The notes below the pieces were generated by a model. That model had not been told where the DNA came from and made no database searches. It was given only the letters and a program-made list of their open reading frames with translations. The position numbers were made by a program, and so were the translations under genes. Source: Podarcis erhardii (Eukaryota). From it: a DNA stretch of 64,000 nt. Shown one piece after another: positions 23,051-35,450 of this stretch. Numbering within the stretch: the first letter of the stretch is position 1; the number at the start of each line of letters is the position of its first letter. The stretch lies in the NCBI GenBank assembly GCA_964252035.1, contig OZ176204.1, one strand, 5' to 3'.

Positions 23051-26000
23051 TATCACAATGCCAATTTTCACATTGCATAAAGCATAAGCCATTGCACTTA
23101 TGTTAAAAGTGACATATTTTAATAGCAAGGAAGAAACAGTTTTATACAGACACTATTTTGTAAAGTTAAAATGTAAAAATGATCAGGCATTAACTCTAAT
23201 GGAAATCTATTAATATTAAATATTAGCTTATGTCATTATTTATCAAAGTGAATAGGCAATGCTTTCTTAATGGACCAGTAAACACTGTTAGTATGTTTAA
23301 AAAGTAAGAATTATATTATTTCCGCGTCACATTAAGCATCCCTCTAGTCCAGCAGCCAACCAGATGCTTCTGGAAGTTCATGAGCAGGGTAAGGGGGTGA
23401 TGGCAACCTGCTGTTATTTGTTCCAGGCATCCAAGCACTCAAAGGTATACTGCTTCCAACTACAGAGGATTGTTCTTACATGCAATGATTTGTGTGCAAT
23501 TTCCTCCCTTTTATGTATTAGTGGTGAGATACAATTTATGTTTTCTGAATAAACAGGGTTTTCAAAAGTCAAATTTCTATATTATTATATGTTAGAATTG
23601 ATTCCCCCCCCCAAAAAAAAATGATGGGCCCCCTAATGAGTTGGCCATATGGTTATGTTCATTGGAACATCTTCAAAAGATAACACACAATCAGGAGGTC
23701 TCTAGCCTCATTCAATACTTGTCTGTTTAGAGTAATGACTCCCATTTGTGCCACAATATGTGATGATAGCATTATTCCAATAGCCTAGAATTTCACTGGG
23801 AACACATGCCAATAATTCATTTAAACTGTGTGTATTAAACTAACTTTCAACCTTAATAGCTTTTGATAATAAGGTACATGCCAGTGCAGCGGTTGTAACT
23901 CAAAAATATTACACTATCCTGGCAAAAGTTTTTTACTTAGGGAAGAATGTCTTCTAAATCATCTGGAAATATATAGAAGATACCACTTGATGGGCAGTAA
24001 TAGATCTATCTATAGTTTACCTATTTCAGCTAACTTTTCAAAATCGATTTCTGACATGCCTTCCATATACAAAGCTATCCAATGCAGACAATGTTGTCTT
24101 CTAGTTCTTCAGTCCTTGATCAACCCTAAAAAAAACACGAAAATTATTAGAATCAGAGAGAAGGAGAAAAGCTTCACCGGAGCATAGTTTTAGGGCTCAG
24201 TTCCAGAGACATCTTGTTGCAGCTGTGCTAGGCACTCAGCATTGCATGACCTTTCTGCAAGTTTCTCTTGTAATAAAAAGAAGGCACCTATTTGCTTATT
24301 TCTTATTAAATTCATCAAACACCTTTCCAAGAGTGGGCAGATCAGTATGGATCTTCAGGAAACTGTCTGAGTGATCTGCAGTGGATAAGCAACTGTTTCC
24401 AGCTCACAATGCTTTTAGCAGTGGTGATGAGAAAAAGCATTATTTTTTTCTCTCTCTCTCTGCTAAATTAGGCTGCTGGAAACTGGGGCAGGAGAAGAGA
24501 AGAGAAGAGTTGAGTTCTGGTGTTGCGAGGAAACTCCTGGGCTGACAATGGGCTCTGAAGCAACTTGTTCTTCCATTCTATGTCTCCCTTCCTGATCCAC
24601 TTGGTGTAACTCAGAATTCTAGCGGGAAAACAAAATAGATTCTGCAATCCTAAAGTCTGCCCAGTCCTGATGTACATAAAAATACCATTAAAACCCTAAG
24701 CTGCAGCAAAAAGAGAGCAGGTATGGGAACAGCAGAAAAATCAAATATCTAAATCACAGCCCAAAGTGGACTTAAAACAGAAATGTTCTTGCTTGCCTCC
24801 TTGTAGTGGGATGACCAAGGCTAGGCAAATGGGAGGTTAGTTTTGCCTACCCACATGGCAATGGACTCCGGAAGAATCAGGAAGTGGGTCTTTTCCTCAG
24901 CACCAAATTGACCCTGTGTGAGTAAAAAGCAACAGGCAGATAGGCAGGCAGAAGCTCTTGGGAGGCAGAGCCCCCTTTCTGAATAACTGCCCCCCCCACT
25001 CTGCCCCACCAAAGGTCTAGGGAAGCAAATCCTTCAGCCTAAGTTTATTTCCAGGATTTTCTAAACAGTGCCAGAATGCCCCTGCAAAAAAATCAGAAAC
25101 AAGTTAAAACACGAAGGGAGATGGGATCATGAAAAGAGAACATCTGGCCAGTTTTCAGCATATTGTTCCTGAGGGGCTCCAATTAGAAAGTTTCCATTTA
25201 CAAGAAAAAAATTACTGTAGCACCCTAGGAAATTAATTTACCCCTGACCATAGCATTCTCTGTTCCTAAGAGATAACATAATCTCCTTAATAGCATTTGA
25301 CGCCAAGTATTACTGTTTATAGTGAACTGCCAGAATTAACTCTTCCTCAATGCCTAATGAAGGGAAATGTTCCACAATAAAAATTTGGAAACCTTCTACA
25401 ATAAACCCCAATTTGTATCATTCATGAGTACTACCTTTTGACAGCCTAGAAAGATTGTTGCCATGTAGGCATTAAAAAAAAAAATGAAACTGCAAACACA
25501 ACAGTTAAAAAAAATAAAAGAACCTGCATCAATGGATAGATGAAACAAAGCCAAAGGATTCCTTGCAATGTTTGTTAACTCTTTGATGCTTTCCCTTTGT
25601 TCCTCTGGCTGTCAGCTACACCTCTTATTTAAATGTAAAGCAGAAAGCTATTGATCTGGATCTTTAAAAGGGAGGAAGATCCCTATCTCCACACGCATCT
25701 GCCCTCCACCAATAACTCTTTGTTTCTTCTGAGATGCAACATGAAATATCAGGCTACTTTAATATGCAAAGTACATTTTGCATTCTTTAACATCTTGAGA
25801 GAAGCTAAAGTTTCAGAGAACTTTTTTTAAAAGATAAAAATATCAATATTAAATTAAACCTGCATGCTTACTATAGGGTACCAAGAAAAGTAAAATGCAG
25901 CCAGTAACAGTTGGGAGAGAGCAAAAGAGCTTGCATATCATTTTTATGAATTCTCTAATTAATGTCTAGGTTTCCCATGCTGTGATCCTCTGGCCCCCGT

Positions 26001-26369
26001 GCCAGCTTATTTCCTGAGGAAAAATCCAAAAAATATCTCAACAACATCAATCCTAAAAAAGTTCAACAACTTCAATCCTAAAAAAAGGTTAACAACTTGG
26101 GTCAGCCCCTTTCACTTCAGCAAATCTGGCCCTCTTTGAAAAAAGTTTGGACACCAGTGCTCTAGATCTCCCACTCAAAGGTTAGGCAGAGAAGAGAGAA
26201 AGACAGCTCTGGGAGGTTTCTCTCTGCCCCATGGAAACCTCTGTGACACTTGCCTCGCTGGCACGGGAGCTCTGGCATCAGTCGTCCCTGTAACCTCACT
26301 TCTCACACTGAGGGAACACCCAGAAGGCTCTCGGAGCTGGACCTCAGAGTCTGGGCTCAATGACATGCT

Positions 26370-26770
26370 CCTTTAGGTATGCAGGGCCAAAGCCGTTTGG
26401 GGTGTTAAAGGTCAGCACCAGCATTTTAAATTGTGCTTGGAAACATACTGGGAGCCAGTGAAGATCCTGTTATATGGTCCCAGCGGTGCTCAGTCACCAA
26501 TTCCGGCTTAGTTGTAGTTTCTGGGTCACCTTCAAAGGTAGCCCCATGCAGAGCGCATTGCAGTAGTCCAAGCGGGAGATAACCAGAGCATGAACCACTC
26601 TGGCGACACAGAGCACAGGCAGGTAGGGTCTCAGCCTGCGAACCAGATAGAACTGGTAGACAGCTGCCCTGGACACGGAATTGACCTGTGCTTCCATGGA
26701 CAGCTGTGAGTCCAAAATGACTCCCAGGCTGAGCACCTGGTCCTTCAGGGGCAGTTGCCCCAATCAGGAC
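26370..26770 (-). mobile_element. L2 LINE ORF2 3' fragment
   Basis: SLGVILDSQLSMEAQV…RRLRPYL…VHALVISRLDYCNAL…GLP is a canonical L2 motif set. Confidence 0.88.
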
Positions 26771-27194
26771 CAGGGAGTCCTCCACACTGGCCCACCCACT
26801 GTTCCCTCAAGTTTCTGAGGTGTGCAACCAGGTGCCCCCATGACAGGCTTCCTCATCGAGGCTGGAGCTGCGGGGAACCAAGCCACGCCTGAGCCTTTGA
26901 GGCTGGCACCGTGCTTCTTTCTCCTTGGGGTCAGCAAAGGGACGCGTACCCCTGGGCCAGTTGAGAGGGAGGGAGGGAGAGCTCAAGTGACCGCCATTTT
27001 ATGCAGACTCCTGCCATATTCTCAGGACACGCTGAGGGAGCAGAGAAGGGGCAGCTCTGCAACTCCGCACCCCTGCACCATCCTCCGCGCCAGAGCCCTT
27101 TTGCGCATCATTCATCATCCCTCCCCTGGCGCCACCAGCCAGTCACCCCCTCAGGTCAGCAGGCACCGGGGCTCCCCAGGCTGTGTGGGAAAGG

Positions 27195-27197
<3 letters not shown>

Positions 27198-27229
<32 letters not shown>
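27198..27229. repeat. (GA)n microsatellite
   Basis: Direct reading. Confidence 0.9.
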
Positions 27230-27232
<3 letters not shown>

Positions 27233-28460
27233 TCAGTCAGGGGGGCAAAGAAGGGACCCTAAGAGAAGGTTCTCCTGAGTAGAAGGGAGCAGGCAGGGAG
27301 AAATAGGGGGAGAGTGGGAGGCTGCCTGGTGCCCAGTTGGTTCTTGCGGGGTGGGAGCTTGGATCAAAAAAAGAGGCAGATGGCAGCGGGCAGCAAGAAG
27401 CTGGCAGGGTGCTTCTCCTGGCCATTCACCACTCTGCATGGCAGGTGCTCCTAGTCCCATGGAGTAGAGGGAAGCAAGGAGAGACCCCATAACTCGTGCA
27501 GCCCTGCTCGCTGCCGACCCTCTCCTGCTAGGGGCTCAAGCTGCCTCATTGTCCATGTGGCAGTGCCATTCATTGGCCACGAGACACCGCCAGGGTGGGG
27601 TGGGACAAGTTGAGGAGGAAGAGAGGAAGGAGCAGGGCAGCCGCCAATGCCAATGTGGCTGCCCAGTGTGTGCCTCTACCCCAGCTGCCAACACTTGCCC
27701 CACCCTGGCAGCCAGAAACCCACATTATACCGCTGATGCATAGGCGTAGTCAAGGGGGGGGGCAGGGGGCAACTCCCCTCCCCCAGATCAAGTAAAATAG
27801 AAATAACTAACTATGTTGGTTCTGCTGCCCCATGCCCATGCCCTGATGCCAGGTGTGGGTTAGGCATGGATCCCAGGGGACAGAGCAAGGTGTAGCCTCC
27901 TCAGTCCTCTGATACACCCTCCCCTTGGAGGCTGGTTACTTTCCCTCTGGGTGGGGCTGATGGCAGCTATAGTTCAACATCTGGAGGACACCAGGTTTTG
28001 AAGGCATATGTACCAATTGCTTCAAGGTCCTATTGATTTAAATGTAGAGTTAACTATATGCTTACATTTCTTCTATTGAAATCAGTGAGATTTAAGTGCT
28101 TATCTTTGACTTTTGAGGACCCTTTATTATTATTTTAAAAGCAGAAATTTCACATTACACCAGAGAAAGATAGCAGGTTTCTTTCCTTTTTTTTAAAAAA
28201 AAAAAAATTATGTTCTTTAAAAGCATCATGTTAGATATTTTGTGGATTCTAAGCTTTGGCTTTTGGTGATAAGATACAGGACAGAGAGGGGAACACAGAA
28301 AGGTTAATTTCTGAGATGGACTGAGATGCAGCCTTGGGAAAGTCAGGATGAAAGCAAGACAGAGGAGCTTTTGTGTGCTATCATTCCAGGTTACACACTG
28401 ATCAGACAGAGCAGATATTTTGGAAACCAATTTTCTCCCAGTCTCATTCATTCAACATTT

Positions 28461-28463
<3 letters not shown>

Positions 28464-28491
<28 letters not shown>
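28464..28491. repeat. (GA)n microsatellite
   Basis: Direct reading. Confidence 0.9.
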
Positions 28492-28494
<3 letters not shown>

Positions 28495-28775
28495 TTCTTT
28501 TATTTTCAAGAAATATATACTATCCAGAGCCAAGGAAGAAATCTAGCTTGGGCATTGATATTTCAGAGTTTAAACTCAAGCAGTTACAGACACCATCCTG
28601 AAATGCTTTCTAAATTATTCTACGCTGAAACAAGAGCTTCTTAAAGTTACATTAATATCCCTCCAGGATGGTGTACACCTAGAGACACATTTTCCTTAAT
28701 GCTTGAGGTAGAGGACACATACTGTAAGAGTGTGAAGCTAATGCAACAGTGTCCCAATGCAAGCACATTCTAAAG

Positions 28776-29100
28776 CATGGGTAGGCAAACTAAGGCCCAG
28801 GGGCCGGATCCAGCCCAATTGGCTTCTCAATCCGGCCCACGGATGGTCCGGGAATCAGCGTGTTTTTACCTGAGTAGAATGTGTGATTTTACTTAAAATG
28901 CATCTCTGGGTTCTTTGTGGGGCCTGCCTGGTGTTTTGACATGAGTAGAATGTGTGCTTGTATTGAAAATGCACCTCTGGGTTATTTGTGGGGCATAGGA
29001 ATTCGTTCATTATTTTTTTTCAAAAATAAAGTCCGGCCCCGCCCACAAGGTCTGAGGGACAGTGGACCAGCCCCCTGCAGAAAAAATTTGCTGACCCCTG
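28776..29100. mobile_element. hAT (Charlie/URR1-like) MITE
   Basis: Ends CATGGGTAGGCAAACT / AAATTTGCTGACCCCTG and GGCCCGG-rich subterminal motifs; TSD not preserved. Confidence 0.65.
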
Positions 29101-31464
29101 CTGAAGTCATGTCATATTATTGTTGTTGTTGTTATTACTATTATTCCAAAGTTTAAAATGGAAAGATTGGGGGACGGCATCATGGTATCACAACAAATGA
29201 CCAATAGGAACAGCCAATTAAAAAAACCACCAAATTTAGTCACTGCTCACAGGCTATATACTTTTTTATTATTTGTTCTTATTCCTCATTTCTGCTGACA
29301 TAAAGTCTTTTATGCTACAAACTGTGATTTTATAATATTAGTTTATGTGGACCACACAGAAAACAATAGTACTGAGCAGTCTTATATAAATAGAGTAAAT
29401 AAATAATAAAATAAACCATGTATTGTATTAAAATGGAATATGTGAAGTGGTCTTCATAGAGAAAAACGACAGTTCAAAGATTTTCAGGGAAGACCAAGGT
29501 GATGGCATTAACTCTCCCAAGGGCTCCTCAAAGCATCCTAATAATGGGGGGGGGGGGGGAGGTGAGGGAGAGAAAGGAGTTGGGGAAAGTGTTAGGCAAC
29601 TCATTCTATCAACTGTTTACTCCCTGGTTCAGATGGGAGACTCCTCCTACTTTACCCTCTGATGCACTTTGAAAAGTAAGAGAGCTGCAGGCTACCATTT
29701 CAGTTGTTCTGTCATGTTGTCATCTGTCTCTTAATGGTGCAGCAATAAAATGCTAGCACCTTTGCAAAGCTAAGCAGGGTCCAGAATCATTTCAAATTGG
29801 ATGGGATTCCTGCACCGCAGAGGATTAGATAAGACGTCCCTTGAGGTCCTTTGCAACTCTATGAATCTAGTTCAGCTCACAAAAGTTATCAGTGTACTGG
29901 TCATTTTTGGCACACAGACACTCCAGCAACTTTCAAAACCATCTCTGCCTTGTCATCTAGAAGCAATTTTATTTGCCACAGGCAACCAGGATAGTAGTTA
30001 CTGGTACTACCCAGCCTGCTCTATTCTAGTTTGAGTCTGCAGAGTTGTGGATAAAAACAGTTGCCTCTTCACACTTCTGAAAGGTGATCCCTCCTGGTCA
30101 CAAGACCAAGTATCAGTGCCACTTTTATTTTTATTTCACTAAGTTTTTGGGTCATGTGAATGGGCTCTTAAATAAGTCTAAATGGTGGCTGGATTACAGC
30201 CAGAGCTTGGCATAAAACAGACAGCAAAATCTTATATTTGCTCGAAGCAGTGCACGTGTTTATTGGGTAAGGATGATTAGCTGTTAATCACAATAAACAT
30301 TAATGATCAACCGTTTTATGAAATCTGCTTTCTATTAAATTAACTAACTGTAAAAGGAAGCAACAACAAAGAATTATGTTAGGCTAAATCCACACTCAAG
30401 CAGAGATTATATCCCAAGAGTATAATGCTTTGGATCTTAGACTGAAATATATTTTAAGATGGCAGCTTTAATTGAATTAAGCTGGCAAGCTAGTGGACAA
30501 CAGTCTGGAGTGTAGTAACTACATATTTTTAACTGCAAGAATGATCCACAGGGAATCATTCAGCTCAAATAAATTAGCTCTTCATAAAGAATATCAATAT
30601 ATTAAATAACACAGGCTCGAGTTTCTTAAGCATAGCACACAATAGCAGCAAAGAAGCACAGAGCAAATGAGACAACAATGGCAATCGGCACATTGAAACA
30701 ATGCAGATTCCCACATCAACAAGGACATGGAGAGGTTCACCCAGTTCCCAGTGCACCCTATGAGATGAATTACATGTGGGTGGGAACAGGCACCTTGGTC
30801 CAGGGCTACAAATTACCCACAACATAGTGTGACTACAGCTAGATCGAGACCCTTACCTTTATTTCAATCAAGTGCTGTTTAAAATGGTAAAATGATTCTA
30901 AAATTGTGGAAAGACCTTCATGCAGCTTGCCTGCTCAGGAAAGGAACCAAAGAGAGCCAGTGTGCAAAGTCACAGTGTTTCCTCTGGGTTTCCTATGACC
31001 TTCACCAAGCTATGCAGATAGAAAATTTAAGTACTGTACCAAAATGGAAGAAGTGAACTGAAGCAGAAACACACAACCCAACCCTAACCAAGAAGAAACT
31101 GGTACTGATCTTAACAGGACTTCAAGTATGTGTAGGAATCTAGTTTTAATGAGATAACAAACACAATGAAACTTCAACCGGCTGTTCAGTCAAAAAGCAG
31201 GAAATGTTTGTCAGCACCACACAGGCACCATGTAAAGCTGTTGTGTTGCAGAGAACAGGGAAGAAAACGCAAACACAGTGGAGCCATTCTTTTAGTAAAA
31301 CTGAAGGGTACAAAATAAGGGTCTTCCCGCTTGCTCATAAGCATGAGGAGAGAGCAGGAGGGTACTTGCCCTCCAAATCTCCTCTGGGGTGTCAGCTACC
31401 CAAGGACATTTTTAATCTGCTTTCTTTCCAAGTCCTTGGAGGAAATCCTGCTGGACAGGTAGAG

Positions 31465-31467
<3 letters not shown>

Positions 31468-31506
<39 letters not shown>
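31468..31506. repeat. (GT)n microsatellite; reads (CA)n on the transcribed strand
   Basis: Direct reading. Confidence 0.92.
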
Positions 31507-31507
<1 letters not shown>

Positions 31508-31612
31508 AATCAGCATACATGGTTAGAGGTTAAGCACATCCCTTGCACACCCCCCTTGCATTTCCTATGCAAATACCCACCCCGCCCTTGCAGTTGTCTG
31601 ATGTGCACATAC

Positions 31613-31660
31613 CTCCCACTGTCACTCCTTCCCTCTCCTTCATCTTACACAGTACAGGAG
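31613..31660 (-). other. Candidate 48-nt AUG-bearing ARHGAP8 exon (MKEREGVTVG)
   Basis: ccttcag|CTCCTG…AAG ATG AAG…GGA G|gtatgt; phase-1 donor in frame with exon 2; no transcript evidence. Confidence 0.35.
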
Positions 31661-31684
31661 CTGAAGGTTTGAGAATACCTTATT

Positions 31685-32892
31685 TGCTCCATTAATTATG
31701 AAAAAGCTAAAATTTTAGTTTTCGAAAGAAGCTTCTCCCGGTCTAAATGGGTGCTGGATGGCCATAACCTTGAACAGATCAAATACTTCAGTTATCTAGG
31801 GCTCACACTCCATCATACAGGATCTTGGAAGCACCACTGGCAAACCTCCCTTCAAAAGTTGGAGATCACAAAGCTAGCCATACTCAGATTCTTTTTCACA
31901 AAGGGCAGCAAATATGTTCCAGCAGCCTTAAGGGTTTTCAACGCAAAACCTGTTTCCCAACTCCTGTACGCTGCAAATGTCTGGCATAATGGCGACCTGC
32001 CAAAGCTAGATGGCTTTCAGGCAAAATTTCTACAATCCCTGCTCCAGGTACCCAACTGTGTCCCCAACTCCATACTTCTGTTAGAAGCTGGTGAATGCCC
32101 AATTTCAACTAAAGCGTGGTGTGCTGCCCTAAAACATTGGCTCAGGATTTCAGTGTTTGATCTAGGGAAGGGTTTGTACCAACACCTGACCAATGAGGAA
32201 TTTGTCAGCAAATGGCAGAAAACCATGGCTAAAAAAGCCATCTCTATTGGTCCGTCACTCCCCCAACTGTATTACCTGGGTTATGAAGGCGTCCAAAAGA
32301 TGTTAAAGCAAAGATTATGGGATAATGCACACAGTGACTTGCGATCTCAATCACACGCAGTCTGTAGTCCGCTGGCAGTTGGAGTACAATATGGGCATGT
32401 CTTTAAGTTAACATCTTACATAAAAAACCTGACAGTACCAAACTATCAAAGGCTTTTCACCAAAGCCAGACTAAACGTCTTTCCTTCTGCAGTGTTGGAT
32501 GGCAGGTTGAGAGGAGTTCCCTACCAGGACAGACTTTGCTCGTGTGCTCAAGACATCGATTCCATAAAACATATTTTGTTGCACTGTGCAAATTATGAGC
32601 AAGCCAGGGCTGAACTGATAATACCCTTGCTGGTACCTTTCCCGGGAAAATCAGAGGCTCACTATGTCAGGTTCCTATTGGAAGACCAGACAAATGCTAG
32701 AACATTAGCAGCGGCCAAGTTTTTATTGGTGGTTGCAAGAACCAATGATCCCTATATTCTGAACAAAATGCTTGTTTAACCTGGAGGTAGGCTGTATGAA
32801 TTGTGTATTGCTTTGTAACGATTTGTTGGGTCTCTGGACCGTAATAAAGATTGCTGTTGTTGTTGTTGTTGTTATTGTTGTTGTTGTTGTTG
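31685..32892 (+). mobile_element. 5'-truncated non-LTR retrotransposon (RTEX-like), ORF2 C-terminal part open 31673-32779
   Basis: INYEKAKILVF, FSYLG, RLCSC…HILLHC; ends GTAATAAAGAT+(GTT)n. Clade assignment tentative. Confidence 0.8.
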
Positions 32893-33220
32893 TATTTGAT
32901 CAAGTAACATATAATTATTTTCTCAGTGCCAAGGTAAATGATAAATATGTGTATGCACTCAGATGTCTTGTTTTTACTTTGAAAACAATAGCCCGGGGAT
33001 AACCCAGACTGGGACCATGGCAGGCAAGAAGGAAGGGTTTAACCTTCTTTACCTATAGCACAGTAAAAGCACCCCCCTGAGCTGCTGCTTTTCCTGGGAG
33101 AGAAGCAGGTACAACACTCCTATGCTATATTCAGCTATATCTCACCTAAAGCTAAATTGAGTAGGCTGTTCAGTGTTTATAGGCCTTGTTACAGGAGGAC
33201 AAAGTATTACCTTTCAAAGT

Positions 33221-33309
33221 AAAACAAATTCCTTCCAGTAGCACCTTAAAGACCAACTAAGTCAGTTCTTGGTATGAGCTTTCGTGTGCATGCACACTTC
33301 TTCAGATAC
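33221..33309 (-). mobile_element. Penelope-like 3' fragment carrying an intact minimal hammerhead motif
   Basis: Minus strand reads GTAT-CTGAAGA-AGTGTGCATGCACAC-GAAA-GCTC-ATAC-CAAGAACTGACTTAGTTGG. Confidence 0.8.
33272..33309 (-). ncRNA. Minimal type-I hammerhead ribozyme motif (PLE-borne)
   Basis: CUGANGA and GAAA cores, palindromic stem II GUGUGCAUGCACAC, palindromic AGCU stem III, 4-bp helix I GUAU/AUAC. Confidence 0.65.
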
Positions 33310-33322
33310 ACACTTCTGTGTA

Positions 33323-33508
33323 CAGATAGGTAGCCGTGTTGGTCTGCCATGGTCAAAACAAAATAAAAAAATTCCTTCTAGTAGCACCTTAAAGACCAAC
33401 TGAGTTAGTTCTAGGTATGAAGTGTGCATGCACACGAAAGCTCATACCTAGAACTAACTCAGTTGGTCTTTAAGGTGCTACTGGAAGGAATTTTTTTATT
33501 TTGTTTTG
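33323..33508 (-). mobile_element. Penelope-like 3' fragment with near-perfect fold-back palindrome (33352-33510)
   Basis: 13-bp TSD ACACTTCTGTGTA (33310-33322, 33509-33521). Confidence 0.8.
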
Positions 33509-34399
33509 ACACTTCTGTGTATCATGCAGGTCTGACAAACACCACCTCTGTTGAATTTTTCTCATTCACACCACCAGTAAGTGTATAGGAAGCCCTGTTC
33601 TCCTTTCCATCCAGGCCCTCTAAAATGGACACGAATCTGATTATCAAAGGATCCAACTTCCAAGTAAGTATGTATAGGTTTACAACCTTACAGCACAAAC
33701 TGAACATATTTAGACAGAAATCTTGCAGGTCAGTGGGACTTATTTGCAAGTAAATTTGGAAGTAAGTCATGTTGAACTCAGTGGGACTTGCTTCTAAGTA
33801 AACTTGCATTACAGACAAATTCAGACACTGAGGGAAACACCACTTTGCAGTTTACCACAACCAAAGAATAAATTTGCAGTCTTACAGCCCTGATTAGTAG
33901 TTACCTGGAAGTGAAGTGCCATTAACTTTGATGCACCTTGCTTCTGAGTACCTTGAGGGCTGCTTACTCTGGAATAACTCCCAAGTGAGTTCAACAGGGC
34001 TTATTCTGAAGCAGAGGCCTACAGGATGACAGCCTCATGGGCTAGTCATATAAAAGTTAACTAAGCAGTAAGACCCGTTGACTTTAGTGTGACTTTCTCC
34101 CACTTGAAGCTCAGGTTATCCTGAAGGAGATTCCAGAGGGTCAGATGTTTGCCAGAAGGAATGGAGAGCAGTCTGTAGCCGCCCTGGTTGACTTGAGAAG
34201 AGACACACCGGCATCAACTGGGTTCAAGTTAGTCATAACTCTTATTTTATTCCAATGGATCTACTCTAAGCAGTCAGCCTCCTTGGAGGTGCAATGGCCA
34301 TCTGTGTTTGGATGATCTAGTTGAGATTCCTGCCTTGAAGTGGGTTGGACTAGTAGTGGGTTCCAATTCTACGATTCTGTGGTTCTCTAGGAAGAGCGG

Positions 34400-35300
34400 A
34401 GCTGATCCCCCTCGCTCGTGCGCGCAGCAATTCCCAGGGCGCATCCCGGGTTCTGGAAAAGCCTTTCCAAGAATATTGGAGGAGGGGCTCAACCCAGAAG
34501 CACAGATTCCTTAGCAATTGCAGCGCTGCTGCTCCCAAGACGTGGGGGGCAAGGCGGCGACCCCCGCAAACCACCACCACCCAAAACAAAACAATGTGTA
34601 TCTGAAGAAGTGTGCATGCACACGAAAGCTTCATACCAAGAACTGACTTAGTTGGTCTTTAAGGTGCTACTGGAAGGAACTTGTTTTGTTTTGACTATGG
34701 CAGACCAACACGGCTACCTATCTGTAACTGGAACCACCACCCAGTTCAGGTCCCGAAGCCTCCGTGGGCCTTCCTCCCCGGCCTCCGGGGACTTGGGGCG
34801 GGAAGGTCCTCCGTCCAGGCTCCGCTCGCCCACCTTCCTCCCTGGCTCCTCTCCCCGCTTTGGGGGCGCGCGGCAGAGGCCACCCTCCCTGCTCACCTGG
34901 CGTCTCCGGCTCCGCGCCTCCTTCCTCGGGCGCTGCTCCTTCCGCCTGTGGGACCTGCCTGGCCGGCCTCCCGGGCTGCAGGACCCGGCTGGGACGGGCC
35001 TCGCCCCTCGGGCAGCAGGAAGCAGCCTCGCCGCCCCCGGCCGGGAAAGGCCCTTCCGGGGGGGAGGCCCAGCAGCGCCGAGAGAAAGGGGGCCTCCTTC
35101 GCACCTCCTCACGGGGGAGCCCCCGAGGGGCCGCGGCCTCCTGGCCCCCCTCGCCGCAAAGCCCTGTCCCTGCCCTGGAGGAGAGGCGCCATGGGACTCG
35201 CGACCAGCTAGAAGCTGCTGGGGGCTCTTCCCCCCCCCCCAATACCCCTCATGTCCTGCGCGCTCCTTGGTCCTGGCCAGGCTCCTTTGGGGACAGCAGA
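34400..35300 (-). promoter_or_regulatory. ARHGAP8: CpG island; probable ARHGAP8 promoter and first exon with donor CCAG|gtgagc at 34897
   Basis: High GC/CpG, GC boxes, near-consensus donor on the gene strand, located between PRR5 3' end and ARHGAP8 exon 2. Confidence 0.7.
34584..34732 (+). mobile_element. Penelope-like 3' fragment with hammerhead-like motif (34598-34636, one extra T)
   Basis: 11-bp TSD ACCACCACCCA (34573-34583, 34733-34743); splits the CpG island. Confidence 0.8.
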
Positions 35301-35346
35301 ATTTACAAGTTACTATACTTCTGACTCGCAATGTTTTTTTTTTCTT

Positions 35347-35450
35347 CTGAGACTACAATTCCCATCATCCCTGACCACTGGTCCTGTTAGCTAGGGATGA
35401 TGGGAGTTGTAGTCCCAAAACATCTGGAGGGCCGAGTTTGCCTATGCCTG
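35347..35450 (-). mobile_element. hAT MITE terminal fragment
   Basis: Reverse complement begins CAGGCATAGGCAAACTCGGCCCTCCAGATGTTTTGGGACTACAACTCCC. Confidence 0.65.

Noticed and set aside
30856-30873. Strong donor AAAG|gtaagg as an alternative ARHGAP8 upstream exon
   Set aside because: TGA in the phase-1 frame and no ATG, so it cannot supply a start
34652-35350. Overlapping 174-232 aa ORFs on both strands
   Set aside because: Low-complexity Pro/Gly/Arg/Ala products expected from a CpG island; no recognisable homology
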